Below, piece by piece: positions 37,475 to 54,705 of a DNA stretch of 64,000 nt. The position numbers and the translations under genes are program-made. This DNA is from Selaginella moellendorffii (lineage: Eukaryota; Plantae; Lycopodiophyta), in NCBI RefSeq assembly GCF_000143415.4, contig NW_003314305.1, forward strand, positions 371,709 through 435,708, read 5' to 3'. Each line of letters begins with the position of its first letter. Position 1 is the stretch's first letter. The notes under the pieces are model-generated. The model searched no databases. It was not told the origin of the DNA and worked only from the letters and a program-made list of their open reading frames with translations.

Positions 37475-40256
37475 AACTCACAAATCTACCTGGAATAAAT
37501 GCTGGAAAAAATCGAGAAGATTAGAACACTTGAAAGAAAAATGTGAAGAAAAAAACAGACTTACCATTCTCTTTGAAAATGAAGCCGTGAACTTCTTGCT
37601 GTTCCTCCTCCTTGTCGACGTCTCCTCCTCCCCCAGTGATACGCATCTACACGGGACAGTGCGACAGAGATTTTACGCTGGGAAAATCCGAAAAAGCACT
37701 CACCTTGACGATGCTCTTGCCCCGTTTGCTGTGAATTACGGGCTTGAATGTGCACTCCCGCATTGCAACTTGTTGCAAATCCTTTTGAAGATCTTCCATC
37801 CTCGTGGCGCGTCTTCCTTTCTCTTGGCAGAGGATTTTGTACCAATTAGTCGTGCCTCTGCCACACGTAGAAATCAGTAGAGATTCATAAAAAGAATTTG
37901 AGATAGAACTTACTTGTATTTCCGTCTCTTGATTGCCAGCGCTCGAGAGTAAGGGCTCATTCTAAACCGGAAAGTAAAGGTCTTGAAAGGGTCATCGATC
38001 CTTCTTGTTTTGAGGACTAGATGAACACCTCTCCTCTTAGCTTTCTGTGCGAAGTACCAGGACGTGAGAGACAAGATAAAAAATATATCCAAGACTTACT
38101 CGAATCGGCATAAGCATTTGCACAAATCCCTCGTAATTTAGTGAAGTCACTGGGCTGCCAGACTTTTTCATATCCTCGATGTCCTCAATAACATCATCCA
38201 TTAAAGCCTCCGTCACAACCGTTTCCAAGTTAACAATACCACTCTGGCACGACTCACATGTCAGCGACTAGCCAAGGCTGATTAAACAAATTGCCTACCT
38301 TATTGGTGTCGAGATAGTCAAATATCTGGCGAAAGCTTCGCTTTTCCAGCTCCTTCAGAATATCGATGGACCTGGGCAATACGTACTCCAGAGTTTTGAT
38401 CTTGGTCTGCTGCAAGCTCTTTTCAAACTTGGCTTGCTTTTTGTGGTCAAGATCAAAATACATCTGGTACAAAAACTCCCCAATAGGAAGAAAAGACGCA
38501 TTCCTCTGGAAACACAAACACAAAGTATTAGTATTTTTCTCGCAAGAATGTAGCTCTACCTCAACTTGAGGCTTGCGCCCCGTGATAGGAGTGAAGAGCT
38601 CTTGTCCAGTTGAGGGATCAATCGGCTTGGAAAACTCGTCCAAAAGCTTCTGCTTTAAAAGATTTGTTCTTTCTGCATATTCCAGCAGCCTATCAAAAAC
38701 AGATCTTCCTGGTTCTCGCTCATGCGTGTCCGGATGACTCCGTTGGCTTTTACTAATGCTAGGACGAAATGTTACTCTGGTTAAAAACAAAAAAGAATGT
38801 TAGTAATCAGTCTAACGGGGTAACCAAGACTCATACCCTTCCGGATACCATTGCGTGTATTCTGCTTGTCTCCTGCGTCGAATTTCGGCATCCCAAAATA
38901 ATTGGTCGAAACGAGATCCCAGCTGCTGCTGTTGCAGCTTGTCCTCTCGATTATCTCTATCTGTCCGGAGTATCTCGTTTATACGGGGCTTAAATGTACA
39001 TTCCATCAGTTGAGCTTCAAAGGCCTGGAGGACTAAGTTAGAAATGTAGGAAAACAAAGAGCTTGTTTCTTGTTAACAAGTTACCCTGTTATCGAGAGAT
39101 TATTGCAACCAGTTCTGCGGAGTAACCTCATTACGCAGTTGCTGCAAGTGCTCTGCGTATCTATCCTCAAGAAGCCTCTTCCAAACGACCTTCTTGTTCT
39201 TCTGCTTCCGAGCCGTCTTACTGTTGCAAAACAGACATAAGCCGGCTTATGAGCGAAAACAAAGTTTTCAAACCTTAATTCCGGCCTGAAAGTAAACCCG
39301 TTGAGCTCGTTCGCTTCGTCTTCCTGCTTTTTCTTCTGAATCTGGACTTTCCTCTCATGTTGCTTGTTCATGCCTTCTTGATACAGCAATTCGCCGTAGT
39401 TGTGAAACTGCTTGGCGGCGGTCGATCTGACTCGCATGATCATGCTCGATCTCTAAAGAAAATAAAACAAAGAGAGAGGTCAAACAAAAGAAAGGCACGT
39501 TCTTGAACCTTTGACATGTGTGTCTTGTTCCTGTGCACCTTCTCAACGAACTGCTCGTGCAGGAGCCGGCGTCCATCTTCCATTTTCTGTTTGTGCCTTA
39601 CAAAATCCATATGTAGACGCAAATACAAAGCTCTCTGCACAAAATGCCCAGTCAGAAACGTCACAAAACGGGACAGGAAAACCGGCACCTGTTTCTCGGT
39701 AAGCGGTCGTTGGCCTGTCTTCTTCCTTGGTTCCAAATGACAAAAAACGCTACTTTTTGCTCGGAATGTGTACGTATGTGCCAGCAGACGCTCGGACATT
39801 TTGCCTGCTGGTGGTGATTTAGTCTTGCCCGCAGCCTTGTTGGCCGCAGAGGTTTCATGAGTTCCCGGTTGTTTGCCGCTCGATTCACTCTTGCTTGCAG
39901 GAGCAGCTTCTCTTCTGGTCGGCCTCGCGGGCGCTGTTGCTGGCCTTTGATTTTCCTTTCGCCAGCCATCGTCTTTGCTGCACAATGCTGACAAAGTTTA
40001 CCTGGTTTCGAGCGAAAAGAACAAAGAAAAAAAAACAAGTGTTCCAGTACCTCAGCCGGATGATATTATCAACAATCAGCTCAGCTAGAGGAGCTTCGAA
40101 TTGCTGAGGCAGTCCATGCTGATTAACGAAGCACTTCGCGACCATCTCAGCCGAATCCCCCTCCTTAACTTGAATGTGCTCCTCACGCCCATCTTGGATC
40201 TCGACAGTGAGAGAGAGGATCACCCTCTGCTTCTCTTGGTTATTGTTCGTCGACAT
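37475..40256 (-). CDS. Uncharacterised multi-exon coiled-coil protein with repeated (C/F)TF(K/R)P motifs and an EF-hand-like segment; 3' end approximate
   Basis: ATG at 40256 (MSTNNNQEKQRVILSLTVEIQDGREEHIQV...), then exons containing FTFRPEL, CTFKPRIN, TFRPSI, ELFTPIT and FRQIFDYLDTNK, separated by short GT-AG introns. Confidence 0.7.
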
Positions 40257-40828
40257 TATACGTCCCTGGAGTGGAGCGCGCAAAGAATGAGATCTTTCTC
40301 GCCAACCAAAACAAATAATACACACCTGGAGAGACTAGCGGACGGATCATCAAACGCAATATCACATAATCTCATGCTGCGCGCCCCGGCAGGTTCCTCC
40401 ATTCCACACAAAAACCTAGAATCTATCCAGCATTTCCTCCCACCTAAGACTGGATCATCGCTGCGACGCCCCGAACGCAGCCGACCATCGATAATCCGCG
40501 CGCTCCAATGACGCCTTCTCCTCCGCCTGGTAGATCGCGCGGATTGAAGAACCCTAAGAATGGAGGGAAGAAGAAGTTACTTGGATACGGAAATGGAGGA
40601 ACAGTGGATTAATCCCAAAGACACCCAGTTTTACATTTATACCGGGACTTCAGGCGCCATGTGAAGATTCGCTTTTCCAACGGTTGGGCATATTCGTTCC
40701 GCTCGGCGAATATGCTTGATTCAAGTGAATCGCGAGAAGGCAAATCCCTAATTATTTGGGGCAGAGGCCTCACCGTTCGCGTCTCGCGCTTGGCGCTCTC
40801 GGGACGATCGAAATCTTGCTGCTGCGGG

Positions 40829-45928
<5,100 letters not shown>

Positions 45929-45959
45929 TTCAAGAGCTTCCAAAGGGGAAGCGCTGATC

Positions 45960-46445
45960 ATCGTATCATATCGACACCATCTTCCACTGGGTAAGCATTT
46001 CCATTTTAACTTCTTGTCCGCAAGGAGGCCGAGCTGAGCGTCAAGCTCGGGCCGATCGACGACTTGGACGAACTCACGGTGTTGTAGAGCATGACGAGCG
46101 CGGGGCCAACTGCAGTGTCCGGTCGCACGCCAGCATCGCGAGGTCCACATCGCTGTGGTTCCAGCAAGCGCTGAGCAGCGCCGCCCACGCTACTGCATCC
46201 ATGGCCGCCGCCACAGCTCCACCTTTACTCCGCAAGAAACTCTTGAGCCGCTCCATCCGTCCCGCCCGGCCCAGAGCATCGATCATGCTGCTGTAGTGCT
46301 GGGCGATTGGCCTCACGCCATAGTCCCTGAGCATCGACACGGAGCAGCCATGGGCCTCGTCGATCGACCCCGAGTGGCTGCAAGCTGCGAGCGCGGTGGA
46401 GAGAGTGATCTCGTCGGCCTTGCAACCCTCTTGCTGCATTCTCCG
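45960..46445 (-). pseudogene. PLS-class PPR C-terminal (E-domain) fragment
   Basis: ACSHSGSIDEA...HYSSMIDALGRAG...WAALLSAC; frameshifted and lacking an N-terminus. Confidence 0.75.
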
Positions 46446-46756
46446 GAGTGCCGCTGTCTTTTACTATCGGTTTCCGCGGACAGGATCCATCGCCACCTTG
46501 AGGAAGCTCGTGAAGTTGATCGCGTCGAGATTACCCCGGGACTGCAATTGTCCAGAGTCTGAAATGGCTTGGTCGATTCTGGGCTGGAAACGCTTCGGAG
46601 CGATCATGTTGGAGAGGTATCGATTCGTGGATCCTCCAAATCTCTGGCCTCGCAGCCCCTGGATGTCATCCACGTGGACAGTCAGATGGATTCCAAATCT
46701 TCTTTTGCATTCCAAGTCCAATAAGACGTACTGAAGTTATATTTTATTATCTCCCA

Positions 46757-46920
46757 GTGTTCATGGCTTTGTGGTTATAGCATGCACGCTGTAATGTTCT
46801 ATTGTGTAGGGTTGCTGGGTTCGATTCCCATCCGCCTCAACTTTCAATTAAGAACAATACGGTCTTAGGGTCGCCCCCTAAACATGAATACTTTTTTATT
46901 ATTTTATTATTTTATTATTA
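46757..46920 (+). mobile_element. Possible tRNA-derived SINE remnant
   Basis: A-box-like TGGCTTTGTGG at 46764-46774, B-box GGTTCGATTCC at 46818-46828, and a (TTTTA/TTA)n tail at ~46892-46920. No clean cloverleaf. Confidence 0.4.
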
Positions 46921-47039
46921 AATTAACTGTGTTGAATTTCTGGGTGTTAAGTACCATTTTATTATTTTCCTTTTTTTAACAATATTGAGAGTGGCTCTCC
47001 TCAAAATCTCATCTAAGATTAACTGTGTTGAGTTTCTGG

Positions 47040-47240
47040 GTAGAGATGCCCATGCAGTGCAAATGCCGAGAGGATGGAGTTCCAGCAAACAATCCCACAG
47101 CCACTGGAGCTTGTGAAGATCCGCCATGCATCCCCCAAGTTGCTGCTCTTGCCAAACATGCTCATCAGGCTTGTCGCCACCAGCACATCGGAGCCATCGC
47201 CTGGGTGGCGGCGCCACTGCCAAGAAAGTGCCTTGAGCAT
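47040..47240 (-). pseudogene. PPR fragment
   Basis: DVLVATSLMSMFGKSSNLGDAWRIF...WNSILSAFALHGH. Confidence 0.65.
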
Positions 47241-50200
47241 TGGAGTTTTTCCTTCTAAACTTGTTGGCTTGCTTTCCAAGGGATTTGAGGTTGGAAAAAA
47301 AGCTGACCTTGACAAGTCTTGTTTGAGAGGAGGTCAAGCTACTCTGTCAAGCAACTCAAGGTTTGAGAAAAAATGCTTTAAATTCCATTTGTATTATTTG
47401 ATTTTTATATGAAACATAAAGAAATAGAGGATAATCACATATTACTGGTTGAGTTACCTGCATTATTTACACTAATCCACATATCATGCTTCCTGTTTGT
47501 AAGTTATAAATTATAGTGTCTCCAGCATTAGTAACAACTAAGGCTGATATCACTGTGCAAAAAGGTTGGAGTGTGCAATATTCATTACTGTCCCAAATGA
47601 ATATATCCTTATCAATTATGATTTTAAATTTCCATCAGGCTGTAAATGTAGGTAGCAATCAGAATAATAAATTTTATTTTTATCTAATACGATATGGTTT
47701 TATATGAGAAGTTGCATATAACAACCTGTATCTAATGTCAATTGAAATCTTCTATTTTGTGAATATATACCATTTCCAAGTAATAAAATAGATCCAATCT
47801 CTCTTTAAGAACCACCTACAATATTTAAAGAGAAAATCCAACATGATATAGTATCTGTAGGTTTTACATCAACTCTTTTAGATGTACTAACAAATAATAA
47901 AGATCTATTTGGAATTTCAAAGAATAACCAATAGCAAAATTAAGATACTGTACTCTCATACTACCAGGATAAAATAAAGCGTTCGTAATTATTAAATCAT
48001 GTAAAGCTCTAAATCTTCTCTTATGACTTGTCCCAAATCCTTGGGAGGTATAATTAGGGTCAGTAACTATTCTGTGTTATAACCTGAAACATTGATAATT
48101 CTAAATTATCAATGTTTAAGGACCCTTGAGTTCTTACCTGATAAAAAGTATCATCTATATATGTACTATTTAAGTATTCTGTGAGTTCTGTCATAAAATG
48201 TACAAAGTCTTCTAATGATAAATAATTACATTATGTTTTCTTTATAATAGTTGGCTGAGAAAATGCTAATGGTGAGTAAAATTTGGGATAGAATATAAAA
48301 AGAAAAAGAAATTTAAACATGATATATTTTCTATTTGTTATAAAATTCAAATATTTATATAATACACCATTTTAATTTAATGTATTTTAAAATAAAAATT
48401 AAAAATATGGATAAAATTAAAAAATAAAAAAATGTAACAATTTTTTTATGTAACTTGCAAGCTGCTCTCTTAGCTGCACAATAAATAATAACTATTGCTA
48501 TATTCTTTTACAAACTAGAGTTTCTGTCATAAGAATTTTCTTTTGAGTTTTATTTTTGATACATTTATGATATTCCATTAAGGTCTCTACAAATATAACT
48601 TTATTGTATTGATAAAATAAAAGCATATTCTCAACTTATACTTTCTAATGCACTTTGTGATTATGAGGTTGTTTCATATCTTCTTTACTTCTATTCGGAC
48701 CTCATGTAAGCCTTCAAGGATAAACACTTAGTGTTTTAGAATGAAGTGTGAGTACAAATAGAGGAGTTTCTCTTATTCCTCTATATCTTACAAAGGTTTA
48801 TGGTGACTATTGCATATTAACTATACATTATAATTAGTAAAGATAAATTACTCCACAATAAAAGAGTGTTTAATTTAAGGTTTTGAAAAGCTTCACATAT
48901 ACTTGTATGGTCTTTCAACATTGTTAGAGGGCAATTATGTTATAGTCATTTCATTATTAAAGCAGAAAAACTTAATTAGTTATATTGCTTAATGGTATTT
49001 AAAGCTTGTGATATAGAACTTTAAGATTGTTAATTGCCTAAAAAGTTTCATGATTGACATTGATGCTCTTTCTCAATTTTTTCTCCCTTTTTCCTTTTTA
49101 TATTCTTGAGATGTCTATTTTTCTAGCATTATTGGATTTTATAGATAAATATTTTATACCTTTGGCAATTATTATGGTTGATGTTTAGTGTCCATAAAGA
49201 ACAATGCTAAATATACCTCTCTATATGAGGTTTGTGAGGTTCAAAAAATTGTCATAATGAGTTTGAAATTTTTATATCACTTGTTGATGACTTGGCATTT
49301 TGATATTTACATTTTCAATATTACCTTAAAAACAACTTCTTTTTACTTTGTGGAATTGATTTTGATAACCATATGCCCTTGGTAGTGCCTTCAATTTTTA
49401 TTCCACCTTTTCTCTACACTTACTATTATAAGTTTAGGGTTATTTCTATATTCATAATGTTTATAAATTATAAACATATTTATAAACTTTTTTAAAAACA
49501 CCTCCTCATTCAATTAGATTGATCTTAAATCATTTATAAAGTTTCTATAAATTTTAAAATAAATAAGTAAATCAAGTATAAAGCATAGAGAGCTGTAAAA
49601 ACCTCAAAAATCTCCAAAGAGAGCTGCAAGGACCTCAATTGCAGCAAGCCTGGCTGATGAAAGCAGCAACAATGACAAGTCTACCAAATAATGCTGAGAC
49701 AAGAACTACACTATGGCTAGTGAGTAGAAGCAATTCATTTGGATATGCCTCCACAACTCAACATATGTAGCTCACATCTTGAAAGACATAGTTAAGGCTC
49801 TGGTTGGAATAGGTGGAGAGGCAAGAGCTCAGGCAGGGAAGCAATATCCTTGAAAGCTTTCCAAACAAGATGTGATCGACAAATAGGTTTGCCTAGGTGG
49901 AGGTGCCCTAGAACACAACCAAAAGGGAAAGGTGGTAGAGGTGTCTAATTAGGGCTGAAGTGTTGGGAGTTCAAGGATGGCTTCCAGCTAGAGATGGAGG
50001 TGGGTATGTCCAAGAATCCATAAGCATGTGGAGATTGTGATGAACAGGGAGATGAAAAGTGTTAGGTGCTTAGGATCATACTATGAGAGCTTGGGCCTTC
50101 TGGAGCTTCTTTGTTTGGCTGAGTAGTGGTGGTGATGGTGGGACACTAGCAGTAACAATAGCAGCCACAACCAAGAGCAATACTATGCAGCATATACAAG

Positions 50201-50474
50201 CCTTGCATTTGCAATTTTTCTTCATAGTGGTTGGAAGGAATTTCACTTTTCTGTGTTGCCTTTGTCATAGCTTTATAATAGTCCACAGTTTGTGATTGGT
50301 GCATTTGTAAAATGAAACAGCATAACTATAGATTCAAAATGCCTGAAGCTCATGTTAAATGTTATTTTGGAAACAAATGTGTTATCAAGTCTTTTTCACT
50401 TTATAATGGTTTGTGGAAAAGTATAGTTTTCTGATTCATTTTTACAAAGTTCTGACTAGGGTTTGAGGAAAGCT

Positions 50475-51140
50475 ATGGCAAGAGACGAAAAGATCGTGAA
50501 CATGAGGGAGCTGGACTATACTCTATGAGACCATTGTTAGGGTATTCTTCCTCCATCCAACTCCCTGTTGTTTTTGATTGATGGATACGTGGTCATAGGA
50601 CAAACACAGGCAGAAAGATTCCATGAGCAAATACAAAAACAAAGTTCTCTTGATTGTCAATCTCCTGTTTTTAATTGATTGCATTATTTCTCATATGATC
50701 CATGTGCTTCAAGCATGTCCAAGGAGCTCAACGAGCTCCATGTAAAATATGTAGACAAAGGTTCTTTTGATATTTTGTTTCTTTCTCTGGGATCGTCCAA
50801 ACTATAGCTTCAATTATAGTCGTGATTCACCAAGGCTAGAGATTTTGGCATTCCCATGCAACCAATTCGCTGTGCAAGAGCCACTCAGCTTAGAGTATCT
50901 TCAAGAGATAGTCTCATCTTGATTTGGGCCACACTTCCCACTCTTTGAAAGGGTACGAGGGATATCTCACTCAGAATTGGATCCAATTCGAATATTTTAT
51001 CAAGAATTTTGATGATGTTTGGATGTAAATGGCCCAAACACTGCAGTTTTCTCAAGTACCTCAAGGACAAGAGTGATGGCGATCGAATTCACTAGACTTT
51101 CACAAAGTTTTTGATCAATCAAACAGGGACTGTAAGCTCT
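50475..51140 (+). pseudogene. GPX: Glutathione peroxidase pseudogene
   Basis: Exon fragments SMSKYKNKVLLIVN, KELNELHVKYVDK, GLEILAFPCNQF, GPNTA..KYLK and FTKFLINQTG, with stops and frameshifts; not captured by the ORF track. Confidence 0.75.
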
Positions 51141-52356
51141 ACTGTTTATTTGAACAGGGTGTCCATAGTATTCTTCTTAGAACTGAAAATTTAAGATTCA
51201 CAGATCTAATCTATCGCATTGCTTTGGCAAAAGCTTTATATCTTATGGTTTAACACCTCACTTTACTATTATGTCTTAGATTTTCTCTCTTTTAGCAGTT
51301 TTGTTACACTAAATGCTTTATGATCACAAGTGAGCATGCAAGAAGTTCCTCTGTGAGAAGAACTCATAAGCTGCCTTTGATGTGTTCCGAGAGGTGATAG
51401 CTCTGAACTCAATGTCCATGTTGAGTAGAAGAAAGCTGCTTAGGTCCTCAGTAAATTTCCACCACCACTCTTCATTTTCTTCTTGCCACTTTTCAGTGTG
51501 TCATTGAGAAAAATTTCATGTGTACCTTGAAGTAGCTTCTTGCTAGAGACATGGGAAGTTTCAAGAGGCCATAAAGCACCATAGCATGGTACTCAGATTG
51601 CCCATCTCTCCAGCCAGCACAGTGGATACAATGAGGCTCTAGGGGTGAACTTATATGAACTGCTGAAAGCTTCAGGTATATTAACATTGAGCATAGAAGC
51701 ATGCTCTATCAAAAGCGAGCTTGGTGAGCATAAGGGCAAGCAGTAAGTATCGTCCTTTCTAGTTGCATTGGAGTGTTGGGGCTGGCAAGCACTCCTGTTG
51801 AAGTTAGACATTCCATATCTTGACCATGGGTGGCTGCAACAGTATATAAGCATCATTTCTAGAAATTATTTGTTAGATGCAACTCAAGTAATGTTTTTCC
51901 TTTTCTTTACTCTTTGACCTTTTGAAAGGAGGATTGAGGAAAGAATGAGATTTCTGATGCAGTTGTGGTCACTAGTGTTCATGTCATCTTAAGTCAAGTA
52001 GGCAATCTTGCTAAGACAAGACTTTCTATAAATCTAAAGAATTTAGTATTTCTATAAGGAGGATTAAAACTTAACACTGATTAGCTACCTCAAGATGTTC
52101 TGAGGGCAATATGAAAGTTTGACATACACACCAAAATCTAGGAAAGTGTAGAACATTGAAAGTAGAACATCACTAGTTGAAACCCATTAAAACTTGATAG
52201 GAAATGTAGAAGAAAAAGCACTTAGAGTAAATTTCAACTGAACAATATGTTGACTTAAATTAATATTAAAATGCTTACTCTCAAAATATTGTGTGTAGCT
52301 AGTGTTAATATATAAAATTAAAAGATAAATATGTATTTTAGGGTTTAGTGGAAGAA

Positions 52357-53786
52357 ATGCTGGGCGCGATGGAGGAAGCGCCGCCTCTCCTCCTCGACTG
52401 TGGCTACATGGACGTCCGCGAGCTACAGCGGATCGAGAGGTCTCTTCAGCGATCTCTGGCGGCGGCGACGCTGGAGCGCGCGTCGGGGGAGATTTTCGGT
52501 CGCCGACCATCGTCGCTGGTGGCACTAGCGGCGGAGGTAAAGAAGGAGATGCTAGACTTCCTAGAGCAGAGCAGCGATTCTTTCCGGGAATTCGCTCCTC
52601 CCTCGGCCGCGGTGGACGATTTGCTGGGCGAATTCGTGCGATCCAAGAAGAATTTACTGCGGAGGATGTCCACCAAGATTGGTCTGGCCGACCAGACGAG
52701 CAGGGAAGGCAAGCTCGATGAAATTCTAGGTGATCTCCAGCGGGGCGGCGGCGCCTGGGATCTTGGGCAGTGCGAGAGCTTCGCGAGATCGCTGCTGGCG
52801 AGGGTGGATCACCATCGCCAGTCCAGCCACTGCCGCGAGAGGGTGGATTCTCTGGAAGCTCTAGCAGCCCACAAGAAGGATTGCCGGTTTCGTCCGCTGG
52901 CCTGCGAGAACGATGGGTGTGGAGAGATCTTCTCGGCGATGGATGCCGCCAGCCACGATCGAGAGTGCCCGTTCAAGGTGTTGGATTGCGAGCAAGGCTG
53001 TGGAGATGGAGTGGCGAGGATGGAGATGGAGCGGCACTGCTCCACCGTTTGCTCCATGAAGATGGTGAGCTGCCCCTTTTCCAGCGCTGGATGCTCGCAT
53101 GTTCTTCCGCAAGGAGCTCTCGAGCAGCACCACAGCAGCATGCAAACCACGCATCTCCTCTTCGTGCTGGAATCGCTGGAGAGGCACCGGCTTGGATCGG
53201 ACAGTCTAGTGCAGCGTCTCTCCATCCTTGAAAAGGTACTCTACTTTGTTCGTGCTTTTTTTCTTAGATGGTTGTCATGCTTGATCTTTGGTTTCGGCTC
53301 TCTTCACTTTCTTCATATTTTTCTTCGTTTTTCATCTTAGATCTTGCTTGCATGATCTTTTCTCTCTTTAGTTTCGTGATCGAGATGGTTGCTACTTGTT
53401 CTTTTGTTTTCGTGTTTTGCTTCTTCCGGTGACGAGGTCATAGCTTTTGCTTTATTTTTCTAGTTTCTACATGTTTCTTTTCTTGCTCGCGAGCGAGCTT
53501 GCTTGCTGGACAATGCTTTCTTTGTTTATGTGTTTATGTATGCGTCAGTTTCTTTTACGGAGACTGACGGATCTTTTACTTTTGTCCACTGTAACAGTCC
53601 ATGTCTTTGACGGAAAGGATCAGCGCTGCGGATGTGAAGTCACTGGCAATTACCGTCAAAGAGCAAGAAGCCAAGATCAAAAAGCTTGAGGCAGAATTGA
53701 AGAAACTGGGCAAAGACTCCACGAAATCAGCAACAGACCTTTCGACTAAGGTGGGACGAATCGAAAAGAGCCTACAAACTCCTTAG
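52357..53786 (+). CDS. TRAF-type zinc-finger protein with C-terminal coiled coil
   Basis: Repeated H...C.F....C Zn-finger units (HKKDCRFRPLACENDGC, HDRECPFKVLDCEQGC, HCSTVCSMKMVSCPF). Exons 52357-53235 and 53598-53786. Confidence 0.8.
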
Positions 53787-54239
53787 ACGACTCACAAGCG
53801 AACAGGTATACTTACAATCTCTTCCTTCCTTTGCCTGACCTCTTTCTTGATTCCGGTTTTTCTTTTCCTTTTTCAGGAAACTCTGTAGCTGTTATCCCGT
53901 TAAGTAAAACATCCGTTAGAACACCTCCTCCATCGCATCTCAAATGTTCATCATCTTGAGGTTCTATTCTTTTGGGTTTGTCCAGAGTTTTCGATGCTCC
54001 ATTGATCATTTCTCTGGAAGTGGTAGCTGTGTCGCAGTGAGACAATTTGAAACATAGGCGTAATGGCTTAAACTTGACATACACAGTTACTCAGAAGTTA
54101 GCAAAGCCTGAATGAGAAACAGGACAAGAGCTCAAGAACACGATGAAATCCAGGATCAAGAAAGGTAATAGTATTTTATTTCACGACGAAAAAAATATTT
54201 CATCACTGCCGCACGATAAACTGTCACTTAACTGATTCC

Positions 54240-54705
54240 ATGCAGGAACAGTTGTTCAAACCGGGATCAACTTCAATCGCAAGAACCGATGGGCGCTCGG
54301 TTCTTGTTTTCATGCTGCTCGAAATTCCATGCTGCTCGAACCAGGGATCCACAACCCGCAGTAGCATCAACCGCTGCTCCATCTGGCGGCAAAAGAGCTA
54401 AAACATCACTGCATCGCAAACAGTGACCAGTAACGATATCCAGGATACACCTCGGCCCTGAACTCTTCAACAGCATCTGGTATAACGTCCGTGCTGCTGT
54501 CGTATCCAGGCAAAACTCTGGCAGCACGATCGCAATCTCGATTTCCCGTTCGCCCAGCTCGGCAAAACGCGAAGTCCACGGAATACCTGCATTTTCATGT
54601 GTGAAATCCACGAACTTGTCAACTTCTTTGGTGTTGCTAGGTTGGATCCCCGGTTTTTTTGGCAATAACCTGCATTTTCAAGTGTGAAATCCACGAACTT
54701 ATCAA
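54240..54705 (-). pseudogene. Truncated, frameshifted duplicate of the amino-MTase-like gene (C-terminal exon)
   Basis: LLPPDGAAVDATAGCGSLVRAAWN; high nucleotide similarity to 62920-63310; the intron segment is internally duplicated. Confidence 0.75.

Noticed and set aside
46308-46321. Half-site match TGGCCTCACGCCAT to the 24-bp palindrome
   Set aside because: There is no left arm; it is explained by the PPR coding sequence (YGVRP) on the minus strand.
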